Source of the DNA: Lingula anatina
Taxonomy: Eukaryota; Animalia; Brachiopoda
Length of the DNA: 64,000 nt
Reading direction: 5' to 3'
NCBI GenBank assembly: GCA_051362555.1
Contig: CM120643.1
Coordinates: 21,766,848-21,830,847, forward strand
The translations under genes and the position numbers were made by a program. Of the stretch, positions 49,686 to 61,900 are shown piece after piece. The notes under the pieces were generated by a model. It was not told where the DNA came from and made no database searches. It saw only the letters and a program-made list of their open reading frames with translations. How positions within the stretch are numbered: the first letter of the stretch is position 1; every line of letters starts with the position of its first letter.

Positions 49686-51166
49686 CATCATGCCAGCAGC
49701 ACCCAAAATTGTGCTTTCTTCCAATTTGATGCAATATTATATAATGCTTAACAGCATAATGATCATCAATTTTTTATAATAAAATATTAGTATCATGAAT
49801 ATTCAGAAAATGTGACTAGCAAAGGTTTTCAGGTTCATGGAACTCCAAAGTCATACTTTGAAAATGCTAAATGTATACAAGAGAGCACTGTACTGAAATG
49901 GGTTTCTTTCCATTTTTAACTTTTTTTACATAAAATAATACAGTTTACTGCCATTTCACATGATCAACTAAGAAAATTGTTGAGATGGCAAAAATATCAA
50001 TATAACAAGTTTAAATGTCCAATTTCCTCCATTACAAACATTGTGAATGATTGAATCTGACAAACTACAATGATACGAGTTCATTTCCACTTTTTTACAC
50101 AATACAAGATAACAGGTTTACCACCATTTTTATATAATCAACTAGCAATATTGTCAAGACGCAGAAATTGTCAAACAACCCATTTTACATATCTAGTAAA
50201 TTCAATAATGAGACTGTTTACATGCCTGACAATCAAATCTGAGGAAAACCACTTATATACAAATAAAAGCTGAAGTCCCTCAAAACTCAACCAATCAATC
50301 TTATTTTTAAATTTGATTTGTATATAGATAACATTGATCACTCTTGTGAGTTTAATGACAACAGGCCTATCGGTTCTCCCTGAAATGTGCTTACAGTGTT
50401 ACTAATATGCTTTTACTAATAATCATCAGTTCTGTGAGTTTCATGAAAACATGCTTTAAGTTATTGGTTCTCCCTGAAATGTGCTTACAGTGTTACATAT
50501 ATGCTGAAAAAAAAAAAAAAAAAAAAAAAACAGCATAACATTTGAAAGAAAAGGGCCTGGTCATGCTGATTTTCAATCTTGATCATTCTTTTTAATTTAC
50601 TAATAATCATCAGTTCTGTGAGTTTCATGAAAACAGGCCTATTGGTTCTCCTTGAAGTGTGTTTACAGTGTTGCATGTACACTGAAAAAAGGAGAAAAAA
50701 AATGCAAAACTTTTGAAAATAATCACCCCATTTCCTCCATTTTGAGACACTGTATTACACAGTACATGATAACATGTTTACCGTCATATTTATTTAATCA
50801 ACTAGCAATGTTGTAAAGATGCAGAAAATTTCAGACAAACACTAACATATTTACATATCTAGTTAGTTCAATAACGAAACTGTCAACATGCCTGGCAATC
50901 AAATCTGAGGAAAACCACTTATATACAAATAAAAGCTGAAGTCCCTCAAAACTCAACCAATCAATCTTATTTTTAAACTTGATTTGTATATAGATAACAT
51001 TGATTACTCCTGTGAGTTTCATGAAAACAGGCTTATTTGTTCTCCCTGAAATGTGAAAAAAAAAAACAGCATAACATTTGAAAGAAAAGGGCCTGGTCAT
51101 GCTGATTTTCAATCTTGACCATTCTTTTACTTATAATCATCAGTTCTGTGAGTTTTATGAAAAGCC
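49686..51166 (-). mobile_element. Truncated, internally duplicated HINE fragment of the 6891-8690 family
   Basis: Shares gcagcacccaaaattgtg, cagaaaatgtgactagc and gctgattttcaatcttga blocks with copy A; both ends are missing. Confidence 0.7.
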
Positions 51167-51168
51167 TA

Positions 51169-51832
51169 CTCTGAAGTATCGAATAAAAGTACTGATGGAA
51201 TAAAAGTACTGGGTGGAAAAAATCTCGAAATTTAATAAAAGTACTGGGTGGAAAAAACCTTTACACCGCTCCCCCCCCCCAAAAAAAAAAAAATGAAATA
51301 AATAAATAAAAGTAAAGAAGAAGAAGAGAAAGAAACAAGGCAGCAAAGCTGTCAAATGTACAGACAAAAACCAGAAAATAAAAACGCAGGAAATAGGATA
51401 CTGTCAATTCTGATGAACTAATGTATTATGCTAACTGTAAATGCATAGCCAAAATCAAATTCTTATTCTGCATAACATTGGATTAGGATGAAAGTAAAAT
51501 GTGTATCAAGCATTAGACTAAGTTCCCATACCTAGATCAATCTAACAGGATCAATCCAACTCCAAGGGGTTTCTCACTAAATTGCTTTCAGTTTAAGAGT
51601 CTTAGGATTCTGGCATGCCAGTTTCAGTAGGCGTGACAGACAACTAAGCCACTTACATTGATTGCAATTTAGCGAGAATTCCCATGGAGATAGATCGATC
51701 CACAGTTAGCGTGATAGGGTCTGGAAATAGTCCCTAAGGTGTCAGGCTGATAAGAGTTAAACTTTGGAAATGCCAGAATGAGGTACAGTAAAAATTAAAC
51801 ACAAAAAAAAAATTGCTTAAACTCATTAAAAA

Positions 51833-51910
<78 letters not shown>

Positions 51911-54477
51911 TATTATTATTATTATTAATTTTTTTTTTTTTTGCTGTATGTCAATCCTAAGAATCATTCTTGTAACTTAACAAAATACAGAAAATGTTAC
52001 AAAGTAAGAGTACAGGGCTCCAGGCAGATGGGAGTGATAAGTCACGACTTGAAAATGCCAGTATAGCACTCTATAAACCTGCATTGCCTCCAAAACAGAA
52101 AACAATCACACTGGTTTTCAAACACAACCTGCACTTCTGTCTTATGAAACTTTTCAGTAAGTTTCAGTATCGTCAGTAACATGGTTTTCCCTTAACCGCT
52201 ATCCTGGCAGCAGTGTCCAAAATAGGGTTTTCTTCAACTTTCATGCAATAAACCATAATACTTAACAGCATAATGACCATCAAATTTTTTATAAAAAAAT
52301 AAAAGTATCATGAATATTCAGAAAATGTGATTTGGGAAGGTCTTCAAGGCCATGGAAGTTCAGAGTCACACTTTCAAAATGCCAAAATGTAAACAAGAGA
52401 TAACTGTACTGAAATGATTTTCTTTCCATTTTCAACACCTTTTTTAAAACAAAATGATCAATAAACTGTCATTTTTAAATGTTCAACTAGGAAAATTGTT
52501 GACATAGGAAAACTATCAATAGAACAATATTCAATGTCCAATTTGCTCCATTTGCAGATGCTGAACATAGTGAATGATTAAATCTGACAAACTGCAATGA
52601 TGAGTTCCTTTCCATTTATGATACTTTATTACACAATGCACAATATTATAACAGGTTTACCGTCATTTTTATATAATCAACAATATTGTTAAGAAGCAGA
52701 AAATGTCAAAACAACACTTTTACATATCTTATTAGTTCCATAATGAGACTGTTAACATGCCTAAGAATTAAATCTGAAGAAATAACAATTATATACAAAA
52801 ATACAGAAAATGCACAGCACTTCTGGTGGATGGGAGTAAAAAAATCACATCTTGAAGATGCTAGTGTTTGAAAAATAATTTAAAAAAAAATTAAAAAAAA
52901 AAAAAAACGTAAAAAATTCCAATAAAGCTGCTATTCAAACTTTTAATCTAGCTGTATTAACTTGATATTAATAACCCCACCAAGTTTGAGAAAAATAAAG
53001 CACTGTTATTCATCTATAGCATGTTGGCATAACACATTCTTTTTGTTGTAAATTTATTTGCAATGTTTAACACCATTTATCTGCACAATTATCACCAAAT
53101 CCTAATTTTGTGACACAGTTAAGAGAGCTAAACCTATGGGACTTTACAGGGAAATCTCAAGGAGTGTTTTATGTAATCTCATTTAATGGCCAATTGAAAA
53201 TTAATGAGTAGGCAAGTGACTTTATAGACCTTAATTTAATTAGTGATCACCCAAGGGACAATTTTATAGACTGCCATCCATACAGTACCATCATATAGCA
53301 CAAAGGTGTTGCATACATGCTGAAAAAAGTGAAAAACAGCATTACTTCCCTAAAAATGACCCAATCACGCTGATTTTCAAACTTGACCTGCGTATTATGA
53401 ATATTCATCAGTTCTGTAAGTTTGAAACCAAAAGGTAAAATGGTTTTCCACCTATCGTGTTATCGGTGCTGCATATATGCTGAAAAAAGTGAAAAAACAG
53501 CATAAATTCCCTATAAGTGACCCGATCATGCTGATTTTCGAACTTGACCTGCGTATTACGAATATTCATCAGTTCTGTAAGTTTCAAGCCAAAAGAAAAA
53601 ATAGTTTTCCACTTATCGTGTTATCGGTAAAAGTGCACGGCGACGACAGCGACAGCGACGGCGACGACAGACGCAGATGACGGCTATATGTACAGACACA
53701 TCTGTGTCTGTACATAAAAAGCTAGCTATTGATCATTGTAAAAAAAAAAAAAAATTCACCAGGTAAAATTCACTCAGTATTAAAATTTATCTTAAAAACG
53801 GGATGAGTAAAATTTCATAATTGTCAGGGGCCGAAGACCCAGATATATCGCACCTAAGCCGCCTCCGAGAGCCATACGGTTCATACTAGTAAATTTATTC
53901 TCAGATATAAGGTTCGTTTTGCATACCTGTAAACTCCTAAGGGTTTATCTTACATAGAAATGTGATTTAACATCGTTTAAATCATAAATCGGCATGAAAT
54001 AATTGACGTTTGAAAACAGACACAACTTCTTTGCTGCACTTGAAATGACCTCCTTAGCTATAAATATGATCCTATCACCTTGCGACATTGCATCATTCGA
54101 TCGATATACATGAGTAGTTGTCACTGCTGAAGGGAAAGCACGTCTATTTATAGAAACTGAAATCAGGTGACGCATGTACTGTTGTGTTCAGAGAGCGACT
54201 TCCGCTTGACCTACTTTCCAGTGCTGTTTGTGGAACAGTAGGTAATGAGTTGAGATCTCGATTTTCTTCTCATTATACTTCAATTTAAGAAAATAAAAAG
54301 CGTGACTTGTACTTGTGTAATTTCCCACCGGTACAATAGGTATTTAATAAACATACCGGGTGGAAGATTTTTGAAAAATTAATAAGCGTAGGCTACTGGG
54401 TGAAAATGGAGCGTACCGGCGGGAAGAAATTTGGAAAATTAATTAACGTACCGGTACGTTTATTTGATACTTCAGAG
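51169..54477. mobile_element. Tc1/mariner/pogo-type non-autonomous element hosting HINE copy B
   Basis: Imperfect TIR ctctgaagtatcgaataaaagtac / gtacgtttatttgatacttcagag with TA on both sides (51167-51168, 54478-54479). Confidence 0.75.
51334..53717 (-). mobile_element. HINE/DINE-1-like element, copy B
   Basis: Same termini as copy A: aacaaggcagcaaagctgtcaaatgtacagac at one end and the palindrome tatgtacagacacatctgtgtctgtacata (53687-53716) at the other. Confidence 0.75.
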
Positions 54478-55354
54478 TAGGAGAGCTTAATTTGATAAAA
54501 AAGACCTTTAGTTTAAAAATATGAACTTACTGAATATATAGACATCTGAGATATAACATTAGTTTCAGTTTAGTCTGCCCTTTACAGCACAACCGAGGAC
54601 GCGGAATTTGGTCCGCCCTTTACAGCACAACCGAGGACGCGTGTGTATAGCCCGATTTCAGACAAAAAGTTGGACAGTATTTCTGATACACTCGTGGCGG
54701 GAATTTGGCCCGCGCTATACAGCATAACCGAGGACTGGCTCAGAATAGCGTCAAATTTCACCACCTAACTTGAAATGGGCCCCTTTATGCATTCCACTGC
54801 TTATGTCAACCGAGGACGTCCTCGGTTGGAGGTGTGTCCTCGGTTAGTGGGTTTCGGGCGGGTGTGTGTCCTCGGTTAGAATGCGTGCACAAGAGCACAC
54901 ACACACACACACACACGAAGAGAGAGAGAAGCACACGCACACACAGAAACACGGTCAGACATATGTATTCCATACATACACAAGCACTCTAAATTTCCTT
55001 CTCCTATATACACACCAACACGAACAGGCTTTAACGTACACTCACACTCACTCTCTTTCTCTCTCGCCACAAACACACACACACACACACACATAGTGTG
55101 GTACAAATAGACACACATATACCAAAGCACACACATACAAACACGTATTCCAGGTAACGTATAGTTTTCTACAATCTCAATTTCACTCGTTTTTTTTTAT
55201 ACGACGTAGGTAAGTATAATGCCACTCATTAACACACCTGTTCACATGAACTCTCTATGTTTTAATGAGGTAGCTGCTGCCAAATAGACACATGAAAAAT
55301 TTAATTATTAATTAATAACATGCCGATAGTTATAGGCGTTCATATATCTGTTTA

Positions 55355-55511
55355 CAGGCCTGTAGCCAGCAATCGCAAATGGGGAGGGGGGGGTGTTCTC
55401 TTTCTGAAAATGTGGAACTATTTTCATGAAACCTTAGGTTACCTAGATCAGTTTAGCCAGAGTGGACCTTTACCAGGAAAAAAGGGGGAGGGGGTCCTTT
55501 TGAACCCCCGA

Positions 55512-55542
<31 letters not shown>

Positions 55543-55553
55543 CTACGGGCCTG
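55355..55553. mobile_element. Small TIR element (possibly hAT-like MITE)
   Basis: caggcctgtagcc / ggctacgggcctg inverted ends with G and C runs inside. No clean TSD. Confidence 0.5.
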
Positions 55554-55717
55554 GTTAACTACTTAGCATTTATTAATTTCCACCCATATTGTACTTATTC
55601 ACAATGTTTGTAGTGCATTAGTCAACTTCATAGTCCTAAAGAGGATGAATTCAACTTCAGGTTTAATCTTTATCCTGACCACAGACAAGTGAGAGGAAAA
55701 AAAACCCGGTACGTATA

Positions 55718-56715
55718 GGGGAGACCGGGGCTAAATGGACCCCGGGGTAAATTGGCCCCCCATCAATTTATAAAAAAGTAAATATGGGGTAAAAAAATTG
55801 ATCACATCATTTAGTAAAGTAACCGTATTCAATAGTGCTAAGAAAGCGTCGGTAGTAAAGAAGTTTTATTTAGGCAGTCCAAATGAAAGATTTAGCATCT
55901 TAAAGTAACTTAATTAGAGAGACCTTAAAATCTATTTTCATAAGATTTTGATCGAATATAGTATATGTATAGGGCATCAAGCTGAAGCTCATTGTTTCAA
56001 GGTTCACAGAAATGTATCATCGTTGTTCATTCTAGCACCATAAATGGCTGCCATCCTTTAAAATAAAATATGTGCACCAGGAGCTAGTTGGCCTCCTTGA
56101 CTCGGAGCAAGTTGGACATAAATATTGACCACAATACTTTGCGCGCAACAGAGTTACAGACCATTGTTGAAACAAACTCAATGGTTTGTTAAATAATTAC
56201 CAGTTTAAAACTGAATTTGTTAGTTTCTTTTAAAACGGAAATTTATTATTCGTTTTGATTCACTAAAAACCTGCTTTATACCATTATTAATTTATTCTTA
56301 ATTAAAACAAAACAAATTTTATTAAAAGATATTTTGGTTCTTGCAACACATGCAACGTGACGTACGCAAACCTCAATAAATCTGGTTCATTTGGACTATT
56401 TATTCACCAAAGACTCTCATAAATCAATTTAATAAATTAAAAACGTATTTCAAGGCGTTTACATGGGATACTTACTTCATTTTCGTATAGGGTGCGAACT
56501 TGCCCCGACCCCAGGGCCAACTTGCCCCCTGACGTCATTTGCATATTTTGTTAAATTGTGAGTCATCTGGCGTTATATTTGAAAAATAATGACGTTGCGT
56601 ACGTAGGTTAGGTCATGGGGCTTACTTTGAAACCGGTTTTGTTACTCTAACTCATTCCTAGTTGGCTCTACAAGACCAAAAGTGTTTAACTGGGCCAAAT
56701 AGCCCTGGTCTCCCC
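55718..56715. mobile_element. TA-flanked non-autonomous TIR element (Tc1/mariner-like)
   Basis: ggggagaccggggcta / tagccctggtctcccc with TA on both sides; related internal motifs (ggggtaaattggcc, caagttgg, caacttgcccc). Confidence 0.75.
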
Positions 56716-57927
56716 TACAAATGTACGTTTAGTTAGTAATTTATCAGATAACTTTTCAGTGCCAACAATTCCGGCAAATGGTCAAAAAGATACTTGGTAT
56801 GTATCATGGGTTTTGTCATCAAAAGCAATCTTTTCTTAATATTGAAATTTGACAAAGAAAATTGACCTTCATTTATAGTGTAAATATTGCAAATAAATCT
56901 AGGAAACATTTTACATACATGTATATTGAGTGCAGGAAAACTTTGAATAAATAACTGTTTCTTAAGGTACATGTCTGTATTTCACTTGAACATTATTCCG
57001 TGCATTAGATATTGACTTTTAAAAGAGTACACTGATCAGTCAATTACAGTAAAAACTATTGGCGATAATTAATCAATTACAGTAAAAACTATAACTTGAA
57101 TTAAGCATTTAATGAAGGATTAAGACAACTTTTAAGTTTAATAAACACATTTGTAGTTGGATTATCTTATAGCGGATTACCAATTCTTGATAATTCAAAT
57201 ACATTTGTCATATTGGCGGTAAATCTTAATCTAATTGATAGAAAAGTCATCTATCATAAATCATAACATTGTACAAACATTTCTTCAGATAACAATAGCG
57301 TTGAAATAAAGTCATATAATAAGCTGTATATAATAGGGCCCAATAAACTCGACAATGTTAAAAAGCTGCCATGAATGCGTGTATTATTCTTATCATGAAC
57401 GTTCTTATCAAAGTCAATTGGTTACAATGTCATAATATAAGTATTTGTGTGATTCGTGTTTATCTCACTAGCCTCATTTTTAAAATAATACGAGGTTTTT
57501 CTATCACTATTTCAATGGCTGTGTATCTCATTTGAAATCCATAATCTTATGAAGGCAATGAAAAATAGAATATCAAATATCAAGAGAGCTGTCCGATTTT
57601 TATCGACGTACTCAGAATTGGATTTTTGCCAATATCCTACAGTGGATAACCAACCCCTCCCCCCCCCCCCCCCAAAAAAAAAAAAAAAAAAAAATAGCGT
57701 GGTCGTCAAATTTTAGTTATATACTTGAAAATGTATTTGTGCATTTGTTAATCATTTACGAACTGATTATTTATATAACGCAAAAGCAATAAGATATTGA
57801 GATAAAAGGAGACATGTAAACATTCTTATAGATATTTTAAGATTATATGTGTATCATAATAAACGAACACTGATAATGACACTAGTTGTCATCTGAAAAC
57901 TCGTTGAAGGTAGAAACTTCTAACTGT

Positions 57928-58939
57928 ATGTCAAAGCGGACACCGAAGCAGATACGTCTGTATGTATTCGTATATTCTGCGTTTCTTTTGATTTCAGTAA
58001 TAATGATGTCAATTTAGTGTTGGAAATAGCAAAAATTATAAATTGGTAAACGATGAATGGTAGTTAACGTGTAAAGAATTGTGAAACCTGTTATCCCATT
58101 TCTCTTTAACAGACAAATATGATTGGCTTAACCTGTAGATAGATAAATGCGTAAGTGACAATTTTTGGTGAAAATTGTCTTATATCCTTTCCTTTGAAGT
58201 GATATATACAGAATAAGTGAAAATATTTACCAAGAGGAAACCTTGTTCTTGTATGACTTAATGTGAACACTGAAATGAACTTATTCACTGCTAATTCAAC
58301 TACAATATTATGTTGGATGCAGCACAGTTTAATTATATCAAATTCATTTACTTTTAAAGGACTAAGGAATATACTAGTATTAACCCTTTTCATGGGTTGT
58401 GCGTGGTTTAAACCCCAAGCTCCTATAAGGGAAGATAATACTAACAGATCACGAGAACAGGAACAGGTCGCTGAAGAGTCAGAAGTGCATTTTGTCCATT
58501 TTGGAACTGAGGAGGTTGGGGAGGTTACTGACACGGATTTAACGAGGATTCTCCCTCCAGGTAGTATATATCTGCACGTCCACGACACTGGGTCCGGTTG
58601 CACCAACCGGTCGTAAGTAAGGCGTAGCAGTTGCGCCGGCGTAAATCCAGCGCAAAACGCTTCGTCCGAGAAAAACCAGTTACACCAAACTGGAATAGTG
58701 TTTACGCCAGTCTTAACCTCGTTTTCCACTATGGCTAGGCTACCACAGAGAGATTTGGATGACAACTATCGTAGTTAACGTAGGAAATATGGGTTGTCAT
58801 TTGTTTATTTTTTACACAAAACTTCCGTCGGTATAATTGAGAGGTAGCTTGGTTTTTAAAAAACTAATTATAAATGCTTCATCCGGGATTCGAGCTCTTG
58901 ACTTCGCGTTGCCATGGTTGATTGCGCTTTGATTGCGCT

Positions 58940-58971
<32 letters not shown>

Positions 58972-61900
58972 ATATCACTTAGTGTAAACTTTCTTAAGTA
59001 TACCGTGTTTTTATGGAAAAGGTAATTTGCTAGGACCCACGAGAGCCCAGATTCGTTTTCGTGAAATCCCGATTGAGGGGCCTGGTCGTTGTCGTGATGG
59101 ACTGACGTGCATCATCCGGGATTCGAACTCGTGACTTTGAGTTACCATGGTTGATGGCGCTTTGGGTATTTTATTTGCACCCAAGCACGTTACCGATTGC
59201 ACCGTGACAGATCCGCCCACCCTCCGTATGTACGAGTTTCCTCTTATAGTAACCCATCGGAATTTTTAAGATTTAATTCTAGAAAAAATTACTACGTTTG
59301 CTGGGTCTCGACCCAGTGTACCGTTGTGTGATTATTTATGAGACAGGATAGTTACCACGGAGCCAGTTTAGCTTGGTTGACATGCAGCGGTCGGATGGAA
59401 ACTTTTAACCTTGCCACGGACAGGGCCAGGTTGGATGTACATGTGTATATCTGCTATCCCAATCGATAATCCGGGTGCCGCATTTCATCCCACGCAACCC
59501 CAGTCCCCGACCACGTTTTATCATGAACGGTAAAATTCACGATGTACAGGAAAGCATACGTGTTTGAGAACCCAACACGGAACTGGGAGTTTGTTTTATA
59601 CTAAGATTAATTTTGGCTTTACCAATAACATTATAAAGAGTACAATGGGATCAAAGGCGGTTCACAACAGCCGTGTTTTTGTTTTAGCGAGACCCCAAGA
59701 AGAGAGGGAAAAACATTCAAATGTGTAATAACTGGAGCGATTTCCATAGAAGCAATTGCAGTGATGGAAATTTTGAATAAAACATATTTTGCAAATAATT
59801 CCACCGAGAAGATATCATTTTTCTGCTGATCACGGTTAACAGGTGGTATGACGTGCTGCTTTACCGGAAAAAGCTACTGAATCAATTCAAGTTCGTTGGT
59901 TTCATCGACAGGCCTGGTCGGAACGTTCCTAGTTAGAGGATTTCAGATGCTTTTATTTTCAATTTGTTTTGCACTGAGATAATGCTTGCTTTCACCTTTG
60001 ACGATATACAGCACGATGAGGTCCACAGCTGTTCACACCTGGGCGGTTTTAGTATTGAGCAGTCTTTAAGCCTCTCTTACAACCCGTCGTGCGTGCTTAG
60101 AGATCGTGCGTCCTCGGAGTTCTCGTCAGACGTAGCGTTGTCGCAGGATGAAAATTAAATCGCAGCGGACGAAGTAGTAAGTACTTTATGAGTAGGTGTG
60201 TCGTGCTCTAAACGTGGGGCCCGCAAGTGGTCTGTACGCCTTTTTTTGGAAGTAGAAAGAAGTAAGGAGCACGTACGATCTGTACTCGTGTCGCACACAG
60301 TGAGTGAGATAATCATACGTGTATTGCAAGTGAAGCGTACGTTTTCAGAAACCGTACTTACGAAGTAAGAGAAACGTAAGAGAAACGTAATAAGCACGGA
60401 AGTGGAACGCACGGATAATCAAAATAATATAAAAGGGAGCACCGAGTCTCTTCATCATTCACTGTTTTGGCTTCCAAAAAGGCACTTCCAAGAAGGATGC
60501 GCCATCGACTTCTACAGCTGCTAATGCTAGAGGAGGCCGAAGATCGTGACACAATGCTGGCAGTGGTTGCTCGGGATCGCCTGCACTTTTATCGTGCTGG
60601 GCACGTGCGTCGTCTTAGTGTGACGCACTTCACAGGTATGGTAGTAGTACTCGCCACGCACTTTGGAAGTAAGATAAACGCACGGAGGAAGTGCGCTCAC
60701 CCCCCTTTTTGTTAACACGTACATTGAAAGCAAGTTTAACTTACGAGTCTCTTGCGTGGTAAGTACGTCTTCGTGGTAAAATACCCCGTAATTTCTGCAT
60801 GCTTTTCCTGCGTTACACGCACGCCTAGCGCACTTACTCAGTACTTTTGTCTTGCGTGCTACGAGCGTGCTCCAGGCGTTCTAATTGTCGCAGACAGGTC
60901 GTAGCGAAAAACTGGCCGGCCAGTTTTCGGGCTGCGTGCTTTGCGTCGTGTTTGCGTCCACCAAAAATAGTACGCTCCACGTGCGTGTATCTTACTACTT
61001 GGCCAATTTTTTGCACGCAAACCGCTCGTAGAAGCACGCACGACCGGTTGTAAGAGTAGCTTTACTCTTTCAAATGTCGACTGCGGACTTGCCCCGGGTA
61101 CTGTTTGAAAAAAATGGACAGTCTTGAGAAGCGAGGGTGCAAGAAAGGAAAGGAGGGGCATGAAAAGACAAAATGTGTTCTTGTTAAAATGGTCGCGTGA
61201 TATATGCAAATGTTCTACAACTTCTCCTCAGTTTACATGATGATCAGTTGCGTTGTTGTTACGTAATAGTTAAATTAAATCTATGGGTATCCTTGTAGCA
61301 ATACACATAGGAGTGACACGGTTTTCGCTAGGGAATTATATTTAATTAAGCATTTTTATTGTTATCTATTTTAAGTCAAGGCATACTCTCAACTTTTTCC
61401 TCATTTTTTTTTAATGATATAACAGTGTATTTTATCATGTTCTTTTAGAGAGCGCCGAATCTGTGCAACTTTCTATTCAATTAAGCCAGGCAGAGATAGA
61501 AGCAGACCTGGTCCAGAGATTTGATCAGAGATTGGATCTCTTTAACACAATGGTAGAAATGATGGAGGACTTGGGTGTTGAGAGTTCAGATCATCATCTG
61601 AGCTCGGGATGCATCATCCTTGGCATGAAAGTCATCGGGTTGAATTCCCTGAAACATTTATTGCTGGCAAAACGAAGCGGAGAGTTGGAGACACGTCTAA
61701 GAAAAGTTCTTCTAACCCCAGAAATCACCAAAGGAAAGGACGTTTCTCTCAAAGTCGAGATACAAAATGAGGAAAGACTGCAAATATTGGTGGATCTGAA
61801 GGATTCTCTTTATGTTAAGGAGGGTGAGTTTACTTTAGTTGACTGACTCCGGTGTCAAGAAGCACTACCATTCTAGAGTCCGTTGGACCCTGCGCTTTAA

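Larger units (their letters stand above)
49037..54885. mobile_element. TIR element with subterminal AACCGAGGAC repeats (CACTA/Transib-like architecture), flanked by (CA)n tracts and containing nested insertions
   Basis: cattctaaccgaggacacac (49211) is inverted at gtgtgtcctcggttagaatg (about 54863-54882). Repeated accgaggac units lie at about 49056-49275 and 54590-54880. Boundaries are approximate. Confidence 0.5.

Noticed and set aside
49056-54880. CRISPR-like array from recurring AACCGAGGAC units
   Set aside because: Units are about 10 bp, irregularly spaced and in both orientations, in eukaryotic DNA with no cas genes; they fit subterminal transposon repeats.
58106-58765. 219-aa minus-strand ORF
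   Set aside because: Non-ATG start, no recognisable domain, and it spans the antisense of a plus-strand exon plus intronic repeat DNA.
58588-59910. CTG-flanked Harbinger-like element starting ggtccggttgcaccaacc
   Set aside because: The left end looks plausible but no convincing matching right TIR was found.
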